In this document: piece by piece, positions 44,380-54,906 of the stretch
How positions within the stretch are numbered: position 1 is the first letter of the stretch
Layout of the letters: each line of letters begins with the position of its first letter
NCBI GenBank assembly: GCA_964623775.1
Contig: CAZUVH010000001.1
Location: forward strand, 220,784-284,783
Length of the DNA: 64,000 nucleotides
Reading direction: 5' to 3'
Origin: an uncultured Candidatus Saccharibacteria bacterium
GTDB lineage: Bacteria > Patescibacteriota > Minisyncoccia > Phycocordibacterales > UBA2100
Position numbers and translations under genes: made by a program
The notes under the pieces: model-generated
Told to the model about the DNA's origin: nothing
What the model saw: only the letters and a program-made list of their open reading frames with translations
Databases searched by the model: none

Positions 44380-47219
44380 CCTTCCTTGCGACCAGTGACG
44401 ATAAAAAGCGCGCCTTCGTTGGCGATCGAGCTGAGCCAGGATATTTGCGTGGCTGCGCGAGCGACGCTACTTCCAGGCAAAGTCCGTTTAAACAGATCCT
44501 CACCGGTCTTACTGCCGTCGGTACCCATGATTGAGGGATATGCATTGAGATACGAGACCTTGTTCTCGTCGAACCACTCCATCACTTCACCTATTGAATG
44601 CCATGTTTCGTGCGGGTTGTAGTACTGGTCTTTGACCCAGATATCAGCCTTGCGAGCGTCGCGGATACGATTGCGCACGACGTAGTCGATCTTCGTGCCA
44701 AAGACTCTGATGAGCTTCGAGCGGATCCAGGTGGGGATTCGCGCGTAGCTGTTGTAGAGGCCAACGACGATGAGCCCGCCTGGCTTTGCCTTCTTCACAA
44801 TTTCCGCGAATGCTTTGCGAGCGTCTTTCGTATGGTGAAGTACGCCGGAGGAGATGACGACATCAAATGAATTGTCTTCAATGCCAAGATCGAAAATGTT
44901 CATTTGTACAAAGCCCACGCGCGGTACTGCGTTCTTGATCTTGTGATCGATCGCGAGTTTAAGGCTCGAAAGCGAAAGGTCGATGCCGAGGACGTGGTTA
45001 TTGTTGAGTGAGAGGAAGTGCGAGAGCTGGCCGGTACCGCATCCGCATTCGAGAACAAGTTTGTTGAAACCGATCGATTCAAGCAGGCCTTTGGCAAAAG
45101 GATTTTTCTCACCCCGGACGACGAGGTCTCCAAAATTTTGCACACCGTCGTAATTTGGGAATGGATTTTCTTCGTAGAACGCCTTTATTTTGCCCGTCAC
45201 GGGATCTTTCTCTTCCGAATCGATGCCAGTAAGGAGTGATGGCACACCGTCTTGATCACTAAGTCGTTTTCCTTTGGCATGGAAGGCGCCATCGGATCGT
45301 GTCACACTTGCGCCACCTAGATCCCGCGGCGTCTTCAAATGTTTGAGAAGTGGCTCCGGAATCAAGCCGTCTCCTTGTTTTGTACCCACTGCCAACTGGT
45401 CTTTCTTGAGCAGTACGACGTTGCCTATTACGAGAGCATCCATCTCTGTCATCATGAAACAGCGATATGCATCTTCCGGCGTCATTACGATTGGTTCGTC
45501 CCGGACGTTGAAGCTTGTGTTGACCACCACACCGTATCCGGTCAGTTTTTTAAATTCCTGAAGGAGACTCCAGAAGCGCTCATTCGTTTGTTTGGAAACG
45601 GTCTGAACGCGTGCCGAGTAATCAAGGTGCGTGACCGCCGGAATATCGGAGCGCAGGGCGTTGAGACGCTCTGTGAGCGAGCCGTCAGTTTTGCCCGGCA
45701 ATCGTCGCGACTTTTTTACCGGCACGGTGAAAAGCATGTAAGGCGACGTCCCTTTCATGTCGAAATACTCCGTTGCGTCCTCTTCGAGGACAGCAGGAGC
45801 AAATGGCCTGAAGCCTTCGCGGTATTTGATATCGAGATTCAGTTTCTTTTGCATGACAGGGCTCCGTGCATCGGCGAGAACACTGCGATTGCCGAGTGCG
45901 CGGGGCCCCCATTCCATCCTGCCTTGCATCCAGCCCACGATGTTGCCGTCAGCAAGGAGTTGAGCTGTTTGCGCGTACACCTCACCGACATCTTTGTGTG
46001 CCGTAAAATGTGCCCCAAATCTCTGCAGGATGCGCACAGTGTCGGCATCCTCGTATGAGGGTCCAAAATATGAGCCCGACATAGAGTCATGCTTGTCGAT
46101 CGTCCGTCTGCCATCAAAGGTGAGATAGTGGGCGATGAGTGCTGAGCCGAGTGCGCCGCCAGCATCACCAGCAGCTGGCTGTACCCACACGTGATCAAAG
46201 ATTCCCGCGTCACGGATTTTTGCATTAGCGACACAATTGAGGGCGACACCGCCTGCCATGACGAGGTTTCTCGAACCCGTAAGTTTTTTTGCGGTCCTCG
46301 CAAGGCGCAGCATCACTTCTTCCGTGACTTCTTGCGCAGCGAGCGCGAGATCCATATATTCCTCTTTGAGATCGTCGTCCGTTTTGCGTGCAGGGAAGCC
46401 AAAAAGTGCCTCCCATTTTTCGTCATTGACGGTGCGCAGTGTTGTCGCAAAAGTGAAATACGACATGTTGAGATAGAGCGAGCCATCGTCCTTGAGGTCA
46501 ATGAGCTCCTTGTAGATACGATTTTTGAAACTGAGCACACGCTCACTACCTTTTTTGCCGTACGGGGCGAGGCCCATGAGTTTATATTCGCCGTCATTTA
46601 TTTTGAAACCGCAGTAGTAGGTAAAAGCTGAGTAGAGGAGGCCAAGCGAGTGAGGAAAGTGCATCTCCTTCAATATCTCAATCTCCTTGCCCTTACCTCT
46701 GCCAATTGTCGTGGTCGCCCATTCGCCTACGCCGTCGACCGTAAGAATCGCGGCTTCCTCAAAGGGTGATGGGTAAAAGGCGCTCGCGGCATGCGAGAGG
46801 TGGTGCTCAGGAAAAAGGAGGCGTGGCTTACTCGGCAGCTTCCTGCCCTCTATCTTCTCGAGCTCTGAAATAAGGTTGCGGCGCGTGAAGATTTTTTCTT
46901 TGATCCAGATTGGCATCGCTCGTGTAAAGCTGACAAATCCTTGTGGCGCATAGCGATGGTATGTCTCAAGCAAACGTTCAAATTTGAGGATTGGCTTATC
47001 GTAGAAGACGATCGCATCGAGCTCGGAAGGCTTGAGACCATACTCTTCAAGCATCCAACGGACAGCGCGCGCGGGGAATGACTCGTCATTTTTCTTCCGG
47101 CTAAAGCGTTCTTCGCTTGCAGCCGCGACTATTTTACCGTCGATGAGGAGCGCTGCTGCTGCGTCGTGGTAGTAGGCAGAGATGCCCAGTATTACGGTTC
47201 TGCGGCTGGAAGAGTTCAT
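44376..47219 (-). CDS. fusion: NodU/CmcH-family carbamoyltransferase (N-terminal ~600 aa) plus class I SAM methyltransferase (C-terminal ~300 aa)
   Basis: ILGISAYYHDAAAALLIDGKIVAAASEERFSRKKND carbamoyltransferase N-terminus; C-terminal VLECGCGTGQLSHFLS and KPGGLIVVGLYN methyltransferase motifs; 947 aa. Confidence 0.75.
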   Translation of the reverse strand: MNSSSRRTVILGISAYYHDAAAALLIDGKIVAAASEERFSRKKNDESFPARAVRWMLEEYGLKPSELDAIVFYDKPILKFERLLETYHRYAPQGFVSFTRAMPIWIKEKIFTRRNLISELEKIEGRKLPSKPRLLFPEHHLSHAASAFYPSPFEEAAILTVDGVGEWATTTIGRGKGKEIEILKEMHFPHSLGLLYSAFTYYCGFKINDGEYKLMGLAPYGKKGSERVLSFKNRIYKELIDLKDDGSLYLNMSYFTFATTLRTVNDEKWEALFGFPARKTDDDLKEEYMDLALAAQEVTEEVMLRLARTAKKLTGSRNLVMAGGVALNCVANAKIRDAGIFDHVWVQPAAGDAGGALGSALIAHYLTFDGRRTIDKHDSMSGSYFGPSYEDADTVRILQRFGAHFTAHKDVGEVYAQTAQLLADGNIVGWMQGRMEWGPRALGNRSVLADARSPVMQKKLNLDIKYREGFRPFAPAVLEEDATEYFDMKGTSPYMLFTVPVKKSRRLPGKTDGSLTERLNALRSDIPAVTHLDYSARVQTVSKQTNERFWSLLQEFKKLTGYGVVVNTSFNVRDEPIVMTPEDAYRCFMMTEMDALVIGNVVLLKKDQLAVGTKQGDGLIPEPLLKHLKTPRDLGGASVTRSDGAFHAKGKRLSDQDGVPSLLTGIDSEEKDPVTGKIKAFYEENPFPNYDGVQNFGDLVVRGEKNPFAKGLLESIGFNKLVLECGCGTGQLSHFLSLNNNHVLGIDLSLSSLKLAIDHKIKNAVPRVGFVQMNIFDLGIEDNSFDVVISSGVLHHTKDARKAFAEIVKKAKPGGLIVVGLYNSYARIPTWIRSKLIRVFGTKIDYVVRNRIRDARKADIWVKDQYYNPHETWHSIGEVMEWFDENKVSYLNAYPSIMGTDGSKTGEDLFKRTLPGSSVARAATQISWLSSIANEGALFIVTGRKEG

Positions 47220-47238
47220 ACAAAGAGTCCGAGTCTGT

Positions 47239-47388
47239 TTAGAATATCGTGTAGATGAACGGTGCTACAGCCGATGACCCCGCGACCACAACAAGCGAAC
47301 CCGCGACCAAAAGCACAATGAGTGCCGGTAAAAGCCAAAATTTTTTCCGCTCCCTCAGAAATCCCCACATGTCCTTCAAAAAGTCCAT
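47239..47388 (-). CDS. DUF5989/SxtK-like small membrane protein (49 aa), not in the supplied ORF track
   Basis: MDFLKDMWGFLRERKKFWLLPALIVLLVAGSLVVVAGSSAVAPFIYTIF: a K/R cluster then TM then APFIYTxF is the signature of the small proteins that accompany SxtJ-like and carbamoyltransferase genes; 14 nt after the SxtJ-like stop, 20 nt before the carbamoyltransferase start. Confidence 0.55.
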   Translation of the reverse strand: MDFLKDMWGFLRERKKFWLLPALIVLLVAGSLVVVAGSSAVAPFIYTIF

Positions 47389-47402
47389 TGTATTTAAGTT
47401 AA

Positions 47403-47774
47403 CTAATAAGGCCTCTCAATTTTATCCGCTGTAGTCCATCCATTCCTGTCAACGAAGGCACTTGCTCGTTCCGGATGTGGCACGAGATCTCTCGCGTCGC
47501 CTTTTATGAAACGAAGCATGTAGCCGATCGGTGTAATAATCGCGAAAAAAACAAGACCAAAGAATATTTTGCTCACTATCTTTTGAAGAAGTTCAGCAAG
47601 CTTTAGCCATGCGTACCCGAGCGGCCATAAAACTTTCGGAAAAAAAAGGAGTGCTACAAGAATGAATGAGGTGGCTGCGAAAGCCCACGCCGTCCCTTTG
47701 TATCCAAAATAGAGAAAAATGAGAGAGAAGATAATCCCTGTGTCACGGACCCATTTTTCGTTCATTTCTGGCAT
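47403..47774 (-). CDS. SxtJ-like small membrane protein
   Basis: 123 aa, 3 TM helices; position upstream of the carbamoyltransferase with a DUF5989-like gene between, as in saxitoxin sxtI/J/K-type triads. Confidence 0.5.
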   Translation of the reverse strand: MPEMNEKWVRDTGIIFSLIFLYFGYKGTAWAFAATSFILVALLFFPKVLWPLGYAWLKLAELLQKIVSKIFFGLVFFAIITPIGYMLRFIKGDARDLVPHPERASAFVDRNGWTTADKIERPY

Positions 47775-47818
47775 GGCGAGAGTATAACAGGGGGGTTTTC
47801 TTTATCAAACGAGGCGGT

Positions 47819-49066
47819 ATGATGGCACACATGCGAAATTTTCTGGCGAACACGATACTCGTGCTCCTCAGTATTTTCGGGGCCATCGTTCTTGTCGATG
47901 TACTCCTCCACTTCTCGCAAGTCCAATATCGATACGTAAGTCCCCAGGCTCCGAAAGGGTACTTCCAGTTTGATCCGGAGCTCGGGTATGACATTGTCCC
48001 AAATTTCGCGACTAGCACGCACCGTTTCTCGGATTTGAATTACCCGATGTGGGGGAACTCGATCGGCTGTTTTGATACTGAATATGACGGTTCGACACCG
48101 TACATATATGTGGGCGGCGACAGTATGGCCTGGGGTTTCGCACGACTGGAGGATAAGTGGGGCAAGAAAGTTCAGAATCTGCTCGGTATTCGCACCGTGA
48201 CCTGTGGCGTCAACGGATTCGGGGCACGGCAAGAAGTGATCAAGGCGCGTCGCACGATTTCCAAATTACCAGAGCCTCCGAAAGTCATGATTGTCACATA
48301 CTTCAACAACGATGTCGGCGATGATACGGTGTTTCCGAATTACAACATCGTTGACGGGTACGTTGTGTTCGGACAGGGTCAATGCTCCTTGGAGCAAAAA
48401 TTAGAGATCTCGCCGCTTGAAGCTACGAGTACATGCAATGTTGCGCCAATGAAATATCCGTGGTTCCAGTATTTCAAATTCAAGCTCGGATTGAATTCCG
48501 TGTTATACAGCATGGTTTCGCAATCGTTTGGCAAAAAGATCAAAAGTGCTTTGCAGCCATACAAAGATCACCTGGGCTTTTTGAGTCCAATTTTTCCGTG
48601 GCTCGTACCGCCGAAGCCGACCGAGGTGGAGAAAGAGATTGCCGTGCAGCAGACCAACACCGACCTCGTGTGGAAATTCCACGAAAGTAACGTTCTCGCC
48701 ATGAAGAAACTAGCCGATTCGTACGGTGCGAAACTCATGTTCATTGTGATACCGGATGATGAGTCGGTGTATGCGACGAGTACGAAACCTGAGTGGATTA
48801 CGCAGCGAATGGTCACCTTCCTCAAGGCCAATAACATCCACCATATTGATCTCTGGCGGGATTTTCATGATCGTAATCATGGTAAAGAGCGTACGTTCTT
48901 CTGGCCGCTCAATGGTCACATCAATGTCGAGGGCAATCAATTGACCGGTCTGCTGGTAACGAAATACGTGCTTGAAAATCGATTGATCGATCTCGAAACA
49001 AGCGCCGAGATACTGAAATCGATCAATGAGGAAATTGACCGTGATTTTCCCGTTATCACGAAATAA
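47819..49066 (+). CDS. SGNH/GDSL-like hydrolase family protein, membrane-anchored
   Basis: N-terminal TM anchor; YIYVGGDSMAWG (GDS block); AGGCGG SD 3 nt upstream. Confidence 0.45.
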   Translation: MMAHMRNFLANTILVLLSIFGAIVLVDVLLHFSQVQYRYVSPQAPKGYFQFDPELGYDIVPNFATSTHRFSDLNYPMWGNSIGCFDTEYDGSTPYIYVGGDSMAWGFARLEDKWGKKVQNLLGIRTVTCGVNGFGARQEVIKARRTISKLPEPPKVMIVTYFNNDVGDDTVFPNYNIVDGYVVFGQGQCSLEQKLEISPLEATSTCNVAPMKYPWFQYFKFKLGLNSVLYSMVSQSFGKKIKSALQPYKDHLGFLSPIFPWLVPPKPTEVEKEIAVQQTNTDLVWKFHESNVLAMKKLADSYGAKLMFIVIPDDESVYATSTKPEWITQRMVTFLKANNIHHIDLWRDFHDRNHGKERTFFWPLNGHINVEGNQLTGLLVTKYVLENRLIDLETSAEILKSINEEIDRDFPVITK

Positions 49067-50174
49067 ACGCAAGGATAGCTCGAGCCCGAGCACCCCACGT
49101 GTATTTTTTCACTTCTTCTTTTGCGCGTGCAGCCTTCAGGCGCGCCTCGTCGGGATGGGATAGAGCGTATTCAATTTGCATTGCAAGAGAATGCTCATCA
49201 TCGGGGGTAAACCAAAAAGCCGTTTCATCCGATAAAATTTCGCGTATGCTCGGTAGATCCGACGCTACAATCGGCACACCTGCGGCCATGTACTGAAAAA
49301 GCTTAAGCGGAGAAGTATAAAGCGACGAAATCTTTGATTTTGCACTGTTGGGCAGCACAAGTACGTCTGCGCTCATGAGGTATTGTGGGATCGCTTCACG
49401 GGCCTGGTATCCGACAACGTGCACGTAGGGATGTGCGTATGTCTTTTTAAATTCGGCGAGCTCATGATCTACTCCTCCCATAAGTACCGTTTCTATTTCG
49501 TGCGATGCGATGGACGCCGCTCTGGCCAGTACGTCGGCGCCCTTCCATGTATAAAAATGTCCCGTATAGAGCGCAATTTTCTTTTCGGGATTCACATTGT
49601 ATTTTTCCCATATCTGGCGAGAAGGCTGAATATCAAACTCGCTGAGATCGACCGCATCCGGTGCGACTATGATTTTGTCTGCGGGGGTACCGAGCTCGAT
49701 CAGTGCCGACTTTAGACCCGCACTAATAACAACGACTTTGTGCGAACGCGAGATTGCACGTCTAAATAAGAATGTCTTGTCGGGGATATTGTGAATTTCG
49801 AGTACGATATTTGAAGATCGGGCGATGAGGGCAATCTGGTAGTCGCGCGTGTATACAATTGTCCCCGCATATTTCTTTACCCATACAAAGAAAAGAAACG
49901 TGATTTGATCGAGAGAGAATGAGACGCGCGATTTCTCGAATCTACTGAGAAGATCAGTTGACCAAAGTCTGGTAAGGGAAAAATTACGCTTGATCCCGTA
50001 GTATTCAAACGGGTCGCTCTTGAGGATGCCGTGATGACGCGTGGGCACAGCTAATTCAACGAGATGCCCCTCTGATGCGAATTGCTCGCACATCTTCATT
50101 ATTGCGTAGCCGTGTGCCCTGCCGGTTGGAAGACGTACGAGTGTGACGTAAGATATCTTGGTCGGCCGCTGCAT
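49056..50174 (-). CDS. glycosyltransferase family 4
   Basis: GT-B two-domain layout; C-terminal LFQYMAAGVPIVASD EX7E-like region. Confidence 0.65.
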   Translation of the reverse strand: MQRPTKISYVTLVRLPTGRAHGYAIMKMCEQFASEGHLVELAVPTRHHGILKSDPFEYYGIKRNFSLTRLWSTDLLSRFEKSRVSFSLDQITFLFFVWVKKYAGTIVYTRDYQIALIARSSNIVLEIHNIPDKTFLFRRAISRSHKVVVISAGLKSALIELGTPADKIIVAPDAVDLSEFDIQPSRQIWEKYNVNPEKKIALYTGHFYTWKGADVLARAASIASHEIETVLMGGVDHELAEFKKTYAHPYVHVVGYQAREAIPQYLMSADVLVLPNSAKSKISSLYTSPLKLFQYMAAGVPIVASDLPSIREILSDETAFWFTPDDEHSLAMQIEYALSHPDEARLKAARAKEEVKKYTWGARARAILAFIS

Positions 50175-50275
50175 ACAAAGAACTATACCCCGTTAGAAAG
50201 ACAGGTAAAAGATTAATTAAAAATACTATGAAACCACTATCAGTAATCTCCCGAACTTTCTAACGGGGTATACCC

Positions 50276-51151
50276 ATGAATCGCATTGCTCACAAAATAC
50301 TTTTCACTCTGCTTCGGCCATTGCGGGGCCTCGGTCTGCGAAGATTTTCCATCGTTCGAAAAATTCTCGGGTCACTCAAAGAAAATATCGCGATAGTGCG
50401 CGGTCACACCATGTATCTGGATCCGGCAGATTTCGCCGTGTCCGAAGAAATAAGCAAAGGAGACTACGAGTCATCGGAGGTTTCCGTAGTGACGAAGCTC
50501 ATAAAGCCCACGGACACGATTCTTGATCTTGGGGCGAATATCGGGTATTTCACCATGCTCTTCTCTGACCTCGCGTCGAGTGGAAATGTGCACGCTTTCG
50601 AGCCGTCTCCGAGAACGTTCGGATTTTTACAGAAAAATATCAGCGCGAATGGCATGAAAAATGTGGTACTTCACGAGACAGCAGTCGGAGAACATGACGG
50701 TGAAGCCGATTTGTACATAAACGAGTACAACAGGGGAGATAATCGCGTATACCCGTCTTTCAACGCGAAAGGAGTACGGATCCGTATGTCGAAGGTGGAC
50801 AGCATCATTCCTTCAAATACGAAAGTGGACATGATCAAAATCGATATTCAGGGATTTGAGGTCCATGCGCTTCGTGGCATGGAGCGTGTCTTGCGCGAGA
50901 ATCCTGCGCTCTACATGCTCGTCGAATGTTGGCCAAAGGGGTTGCAGAAGGCCGGCAGTTCAGTCGAGGCACTTTTTAGTGTACTCGAGTCAGAGGGTTT
51001 TTCGTGGTGTTTTATCGACGATGAAAAACAAGCACTACGCAGGGTAGAAAAAGAGGAGATTGTTAAAAAATTTCCTGCCGACCAAGACGCATATGCAAAT
51101 CTCTTGTGTTGGAAGGGGAAGGCGCTTCCTGAATCGATTGCCGTCACGTAG
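50276..51151 (+). CDS. FkbM family methyltransferase
   Basis: ILDLGANIGYFT and IKIDIQGFE blocks typical of FkbM-type methyltransferases. Confidence 0.7.
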   Translation: MNRIAHKILFTLLRPLRGLGLRRFSIVRKILGSLKENIAIVRGHTMYLDPADFAVSEEISKGDYESSEVSVVTKLIKPTDTILDLGANIGYFTMLFSDLASSGNVHAFEPSPRTFGFLQKNISANGMKNVVLHETAVGEHDGEADLYINEYNRGDNRVYPSFNAKGVRIRMSKVDSIIPSNTKVDMIKIDIQGFEVHALRGMERVLRENPALYMLVECWPKGLQKAGSSVEALFSVLESEGFSWCFIDDEKQALRRVEKEEIVKKFPADQDAYANLLCWKGKALPESIAVT

Positions 51152-51174
51152 CTGTTGCCTAGAAATATCTGAAC

Positions 51175-52170
51175 GTGACTGGTAAGGGGATTCGTGGCAA
51201 AATCTCCTCTATGTGGTGGGGAAAGAAAGAACAGAAAAAAGACGCCCCGACTATTCTAATTACAGGGGGGCTCGGGTTTATTTTTTCGCACGTCACCGAA
51301 TACTATGTCAAGAAGGGGTGGAATGTTGTCGTTGTCGACAACCTATCCGAAGGGAGCAACCCTAGCATCGTCGACGGTTCTTTCAAGCACATTAATGCTC
51401 ACATGGCGAAACTTGATGTGGTGGAAAAAATCGTGAGAGAACAACCCGACTATATCGTGCACGCGGCGGCGATTACTGATGTTGATTATTCCATCCGAGA
51501 GCCGCGCCGCACCTTTGAGAAAAATGTGCAGGGGACGACGCATGCTTTCGAGGCTGCGCGGCAATTACCGCAGCTGCGGAAAATCATGTATGTATCCACT
51601 GATGAGATCTACGGAGAATGCGACCATCCAATGCGCGAGGATGAGATGTTGGCGCCGCGAAGCCCGTATGCGTGCTCAAAGGCCGCTGGCTCACTCATGC
51701 GCACGGCATACGAGAATACGTATTCCAATTTGAGCGGCAAGACAGTTGAAATACGCCCGTGTAACGCATTTGGTCCGCGGCAGGATACGCCGAAGATACT
51801 TTCACGCATCAAGCACAGTCTCAATACGAATGAGCCCATCCCGCTTCACAATGAGGGAAAAGGGTATCGCGAATTTCTGTACGTAAAGAATATCCCGACC
51901 GCGGTCGATCTCGTGCTTCATCAAGGGGAAGGGGTCTACAATGTCGGCAGCGGTGTCGGATTTACCGTCACGGACCTTTTACAAAAAGTGGAGGATGTGA
52001 CCGGTAAGAAAATAGCGACAACACCGCACCAGCGGCCTGGTATGGATATGAAGTACCAAACGGACTCCTCTCGCATACGAGCGCTCGGGTGGAAGCCTGA
52101 ATATTCCTTTGAAGAGGGCCTTAAAGAATACTTATCGCTTCCAGAAGACAAACCATGGAGCGAAAGATGA
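51175..52170 (+). CDS. NAD-dependent epimerase/dehydratase (dTDP-glucose 4,6-dehydratase-like)
   Basis: ILITGGLGFIFSH, YACSKAAGS (YxxxK); internal start MWWGKKEQ is possible. Confidence 0.65.
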   Translation: MTGKGIRGKISSMWWGKKEQKKDAPTILITGGLGFIFSHVTEYYVKKGWNVVVVDNLSEGSNPSIVDGSFKHINAHMAKLDVVEKIVREQPDYIVHAAAITDVDYSIREPRRTFEKNVQGTTHAFEAARQLPQLRKIMYVSTDEIYGECDHPMREDEMLAPRSPYACSKAAGSLMRTAYENTYSNLSGKTVEIRPCNAFGPRQDTPKILSRIKHSLNTNEPIPLHNEGKGYREFLYVKNIPTAVDLVLHQGEGVYNVGSGVGFTVTDLLQKVEDVTGKKIATTPHQRPGMDMKYQTDSSRIRALGWKPEYSFEEGLKEYLSLPEDKPWSER

Positions 52171-53261
52171 AAATTCTTTTTTCTGTACCACGATTCAGTG
52201 TAGGTGGTGCGGAAAAATTTCTCATACATCATCTCTCCTCGATTGACAGGGAGAAGTATGAAGTGACGCTCGTGACCATTTTCGACGAGCAAAAAGATTC
52301 TTCGTGCGCAGATCAGGTACATATCGATCATTGTTTCCGTGCACGTTCGACATGGGACTTCCGTGCATTTCTCAAGATGATTTCGTATGTAAAGGAGGGA
52401 CGCTTCGACGCCGTTGTCACCCACCTTTTTACAGCCAATTTGCTTATACGTATCGCGGCGATTGTCGCCCGGGTGCCGGTCATCATAAGTTACGAACACA
52501 ATATTTATCCCAACAAGCGGTATTGGCAGATTGTTGTAGACAAAATCCTTTCGTGGTTCACCGATCGCATCATCGTCGACTCCGATGCCGCAAAGACATT
52601 CACCGCAAGGCAAGAGTACATCCCGCTCAGAAAGTTTCTGACAATAATAATCCCGCCCCTCCTGGACGATAGACCGCGTCGGTCTCGTGACCAGGTACTA
52701 TCGGAGCTGGGAATTCCAAACGATGCGCTTATTGTTGTTACGGTGAGTCGCCTCGTCGTGGATAAGGGGCACAAATATCTAGTGGCTGCGACGCCAGAGG
52801 TGCTCAAAAAATATCCAAATGTCTATTTTCTCGTAGGGGGCTGGGGCCCCCTCAAAGAAGAGCTTGAGGCGCAGGTGAGGAGGCTTAACGTCGGCGAGCA
52901 TGTGCGCATTCTGGGCAGGGTAGATGGGCAAGAATTCACTTCAATTGCCGATCTCTACGTCGACCCCTCCATATCGACCGATCTCCCCATCGGCATCATG
53001 GAAGCAATGACAAAAGGTAAGGCGATTGTGGCCACGATGGTCGGTGAAATACCGAACTTCGTTCAGGATGGTAAAACTGGGCTCATCGTACCGCCCGCGA
53101 ATCCGTTAATGCTTGCGGCCGCCATTGACCGAATGCTCGGCGACGCATCGCTCCGAAAGCAATATGGGGCTGCAGCTAGGGTGAAAGTGGATGAATACTC
53201 TCTCGATAATTATATGCGGACATTTGATGAGCTGATATATGCGTTGGTACGAAAAAATTAA
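52167..53261 (+). CDS. glycosyltransferase family 4
   Basis: MKILFSV start overlaps the upstream stop as ATGA; LPIGIMEAMTKGKAIVATMVG EX7E region. Confidence 0.7.
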   Translation: MKILFSVPRFSVGGAEKFLIHHLSSIDREKYEVTLVTIFDEQKDSSCADQVHIDHCFRARSTWDFRAFLKMISYVKEGRFDAVVTHLFTANLLIRIAAIVARVPVIISYEHNIYPNKRYWQIVVDKILSWFTDRIIVDSDAAKTFTARQEYIPLRKFLTIIIPPLLDDRPRRSRDQVLSELGIPNDALIVVTVSRLVVDKGHKYLVAATPEVLKKYPNVYFLVGGWGPLKEELEAQVRRLNVGEHVRILGRVDGQEFTSIADLYVDPSISTDLPIGIMEAMTKGKAIVATMVGEIPNFVQDGKTGLIVPPANPLMLAAAIDRMLGDASLRKQYGAAARVKVDEYSLDNYMRTFDELIYALVRKN

Positions 53262-54906
53262 ATCATTTGCAAAGAGGGAGTGGCCTCTGCTCTCAATACT
53301 TGTACTTGCGTTCTTGCTCCGTGTAGTCGGAGTTGGGTATGGACTACCGCTCACGGTCGTCAATGATGAGACGCATTTTACTTTTGCCGCGCTCCAGATG
53401 ATGCAATCACAAACACTTATACCTGCGCTTCAGCCGGAATTTTTCCAGAGCATCCTCCCGTATCCCGTGTATCTTTCGTACATTCTCCTCATTCCGTTCG
53501 TGCTCATACTTGGATTCAAGTTTTTGCTTTGGCAGGGGAGTACAGCGATGTTGCAGGCGCATCTTCTCACGGACCTCTCGGTGTTCTTCATCACTGCGCG
53601 CTTATTTAGCGTGCTCCTCGGTGTACTTTCCGTTTATCTCGTATACCGCATTAGTGAAGCTGTATTCAGGTCGCGTGTAGCTGCTGCTGCAGCAGCTTTT
53701 CTGCTCTCGACGAGCCTGCTCCATGTAGCGCTCTCAATGGTGGGAAGAAATTGGATGCCGATATCGTTCATTTTCTTACTCGTCCTCTATGTGCTCACGA
53801 AAAGCGATTTGGGCGTACGTCGGCGATACCTGCTCGTTTTCATCATCGCGGGTATAGGTATGGGGATTTCGTCGTTCGTGGTACTCGCGCTCGTTATGGC
53901 GGGAATCTTCTATCTCCTATTTGACTCTGCGGGGCTGCGGCGGATACGGCAGGATTTGCCGCTCATGGGTCTCAGTGCGCTTATATTCCTTGCTCTTGCG
54001 GTCATCCCAAACTTTTTGTGGCGCTCGGGAAATACGTTTACGAAGGATATTTCGATTTATAATTCGAAGTCTCTCGTTGGATTCTTATCAAGTCCCTTAG
54101 AAACGCTCTCACAACTCGCATACTCGGAGACCGTCCTCATGAGCCTTTTTGTAGTCGGGGCAATTTTACTCTTCAGGCAGCATCGACGCTGGGTCGCCTT
54201 CCTCACTTCATGGTTTTTGCTCTATTCGTTCATTTTTTATTACGCGTTCAGGTTCGAGCCCCGATTTTTCTTGCCGCTTGTCCCTATTTTTGCAATCGCG
54301 GGCGGATACGCACTTTCACAGCTATGGGGACGACGCGCAGCATCTGTCCTTGCACTTGTACTTCTCTCCATTCCGCTTTTCGCCGCCCTTCGTCTATCGC
54401 AGCTTTCTCTGCAAGGGGACACGCGTGAGCAGGCGCGTGCGTGGGCGCTCCGGCATCTTGCGTCCGACGATAAATTGCTCGTGTATTCTTCAGCGCTTCA
54501 CATTCCGACTGATGCGGCTGCAGTTGAGGAGCTGAGAGCTATTGATCCAAACGCACTCCGTAAGATCGATGATGCAGATGCGACGCTTGATCGAAAAGAC
54601 AATTTTCACGTGCTCAACAATCTTACGTCGCTCATCGACACGCCATTCATGGTTGACTTGCCCACATATGCTCGAGATCAGGGATACGCGCATTTTCTTC
54701 TTGAGCCCCGTTCTCTCGTGGGTGCGGGAGCGACCACTACTGCGGCGCTCAACTCCTTGGTTAGTCGAGGCAATCTCGTGGCTCGTTTCGATGGGTTTGA
54801 TGCGCGCATGTCCATTTGGGAGAGTGCTTTCCTCGATTCCTTCATGCGATTATTTACTGACAAGATGTTGGGACCCGACATCTTTATATATGAACTTCAT
54901 AACTAA
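53239..54906 (+). CDS. GT-C glycosyltransferase (ArnT/PMT-like, GT39/83-type)
   Basis: VVNDETHFTFAA DE motif in the first periplasmic loop; about 11 TM helices plus a C-terminal soluble domain. Confidence 0.6.
   Translation: MRWYEKIKSFAKREWPLLSILVLAFLLRVVGVGYGLPLTVVNDETHFTFAALQMMQSQTLIPALQPEFFQSILPYPVYLSYILLIPFVLILGFKFLLWQGSTAMLQAHLLTDLSVFFITARLFSVLLGVLSVYLVYRISEAVFRSRVAAAAAAFLLSTSLLHVALSMVGRNWMPISFIFLLVLYVLTKSDLGVRRRYLLVFIIAGIGMGISSFVVLALVMAGIFYLLFDSAGLRRIRQDLPLMGLSALIFLALAVIPNFLWRSGNTFTKDISIYNSKSLVGFLSSPLETLSQLAYSETVLMSLFVVGAILLFRQHRRWVAFLTSWFLLYSFIFYYAFRFEPRFFLPLVPIFAIAGGYALSQLWGRRAASVLALVLLSIPLFAALRLSQLSLQGDTREQARAWALRHLASDDKLLVYSSALHIPTDAAAVEELRAIDPNALRKIDDADATLDRKDNFHVLNNLTSLIDTPFMVDLPTYARDQGYAHFLLEPRSLVGAGATTTAALNSLVSRGNLVARFDGFDARMSIWESAFLDSFMRLFTDKMLGPDIFIYELHN

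Noticed and set aside
47743-48232. Minus-strand ORFs 47743..48018 and 47762..48232
   Set aside because: Overlap the SD-preceded SGNH-like gene 47819..49066 on the opposite strand; no RBS
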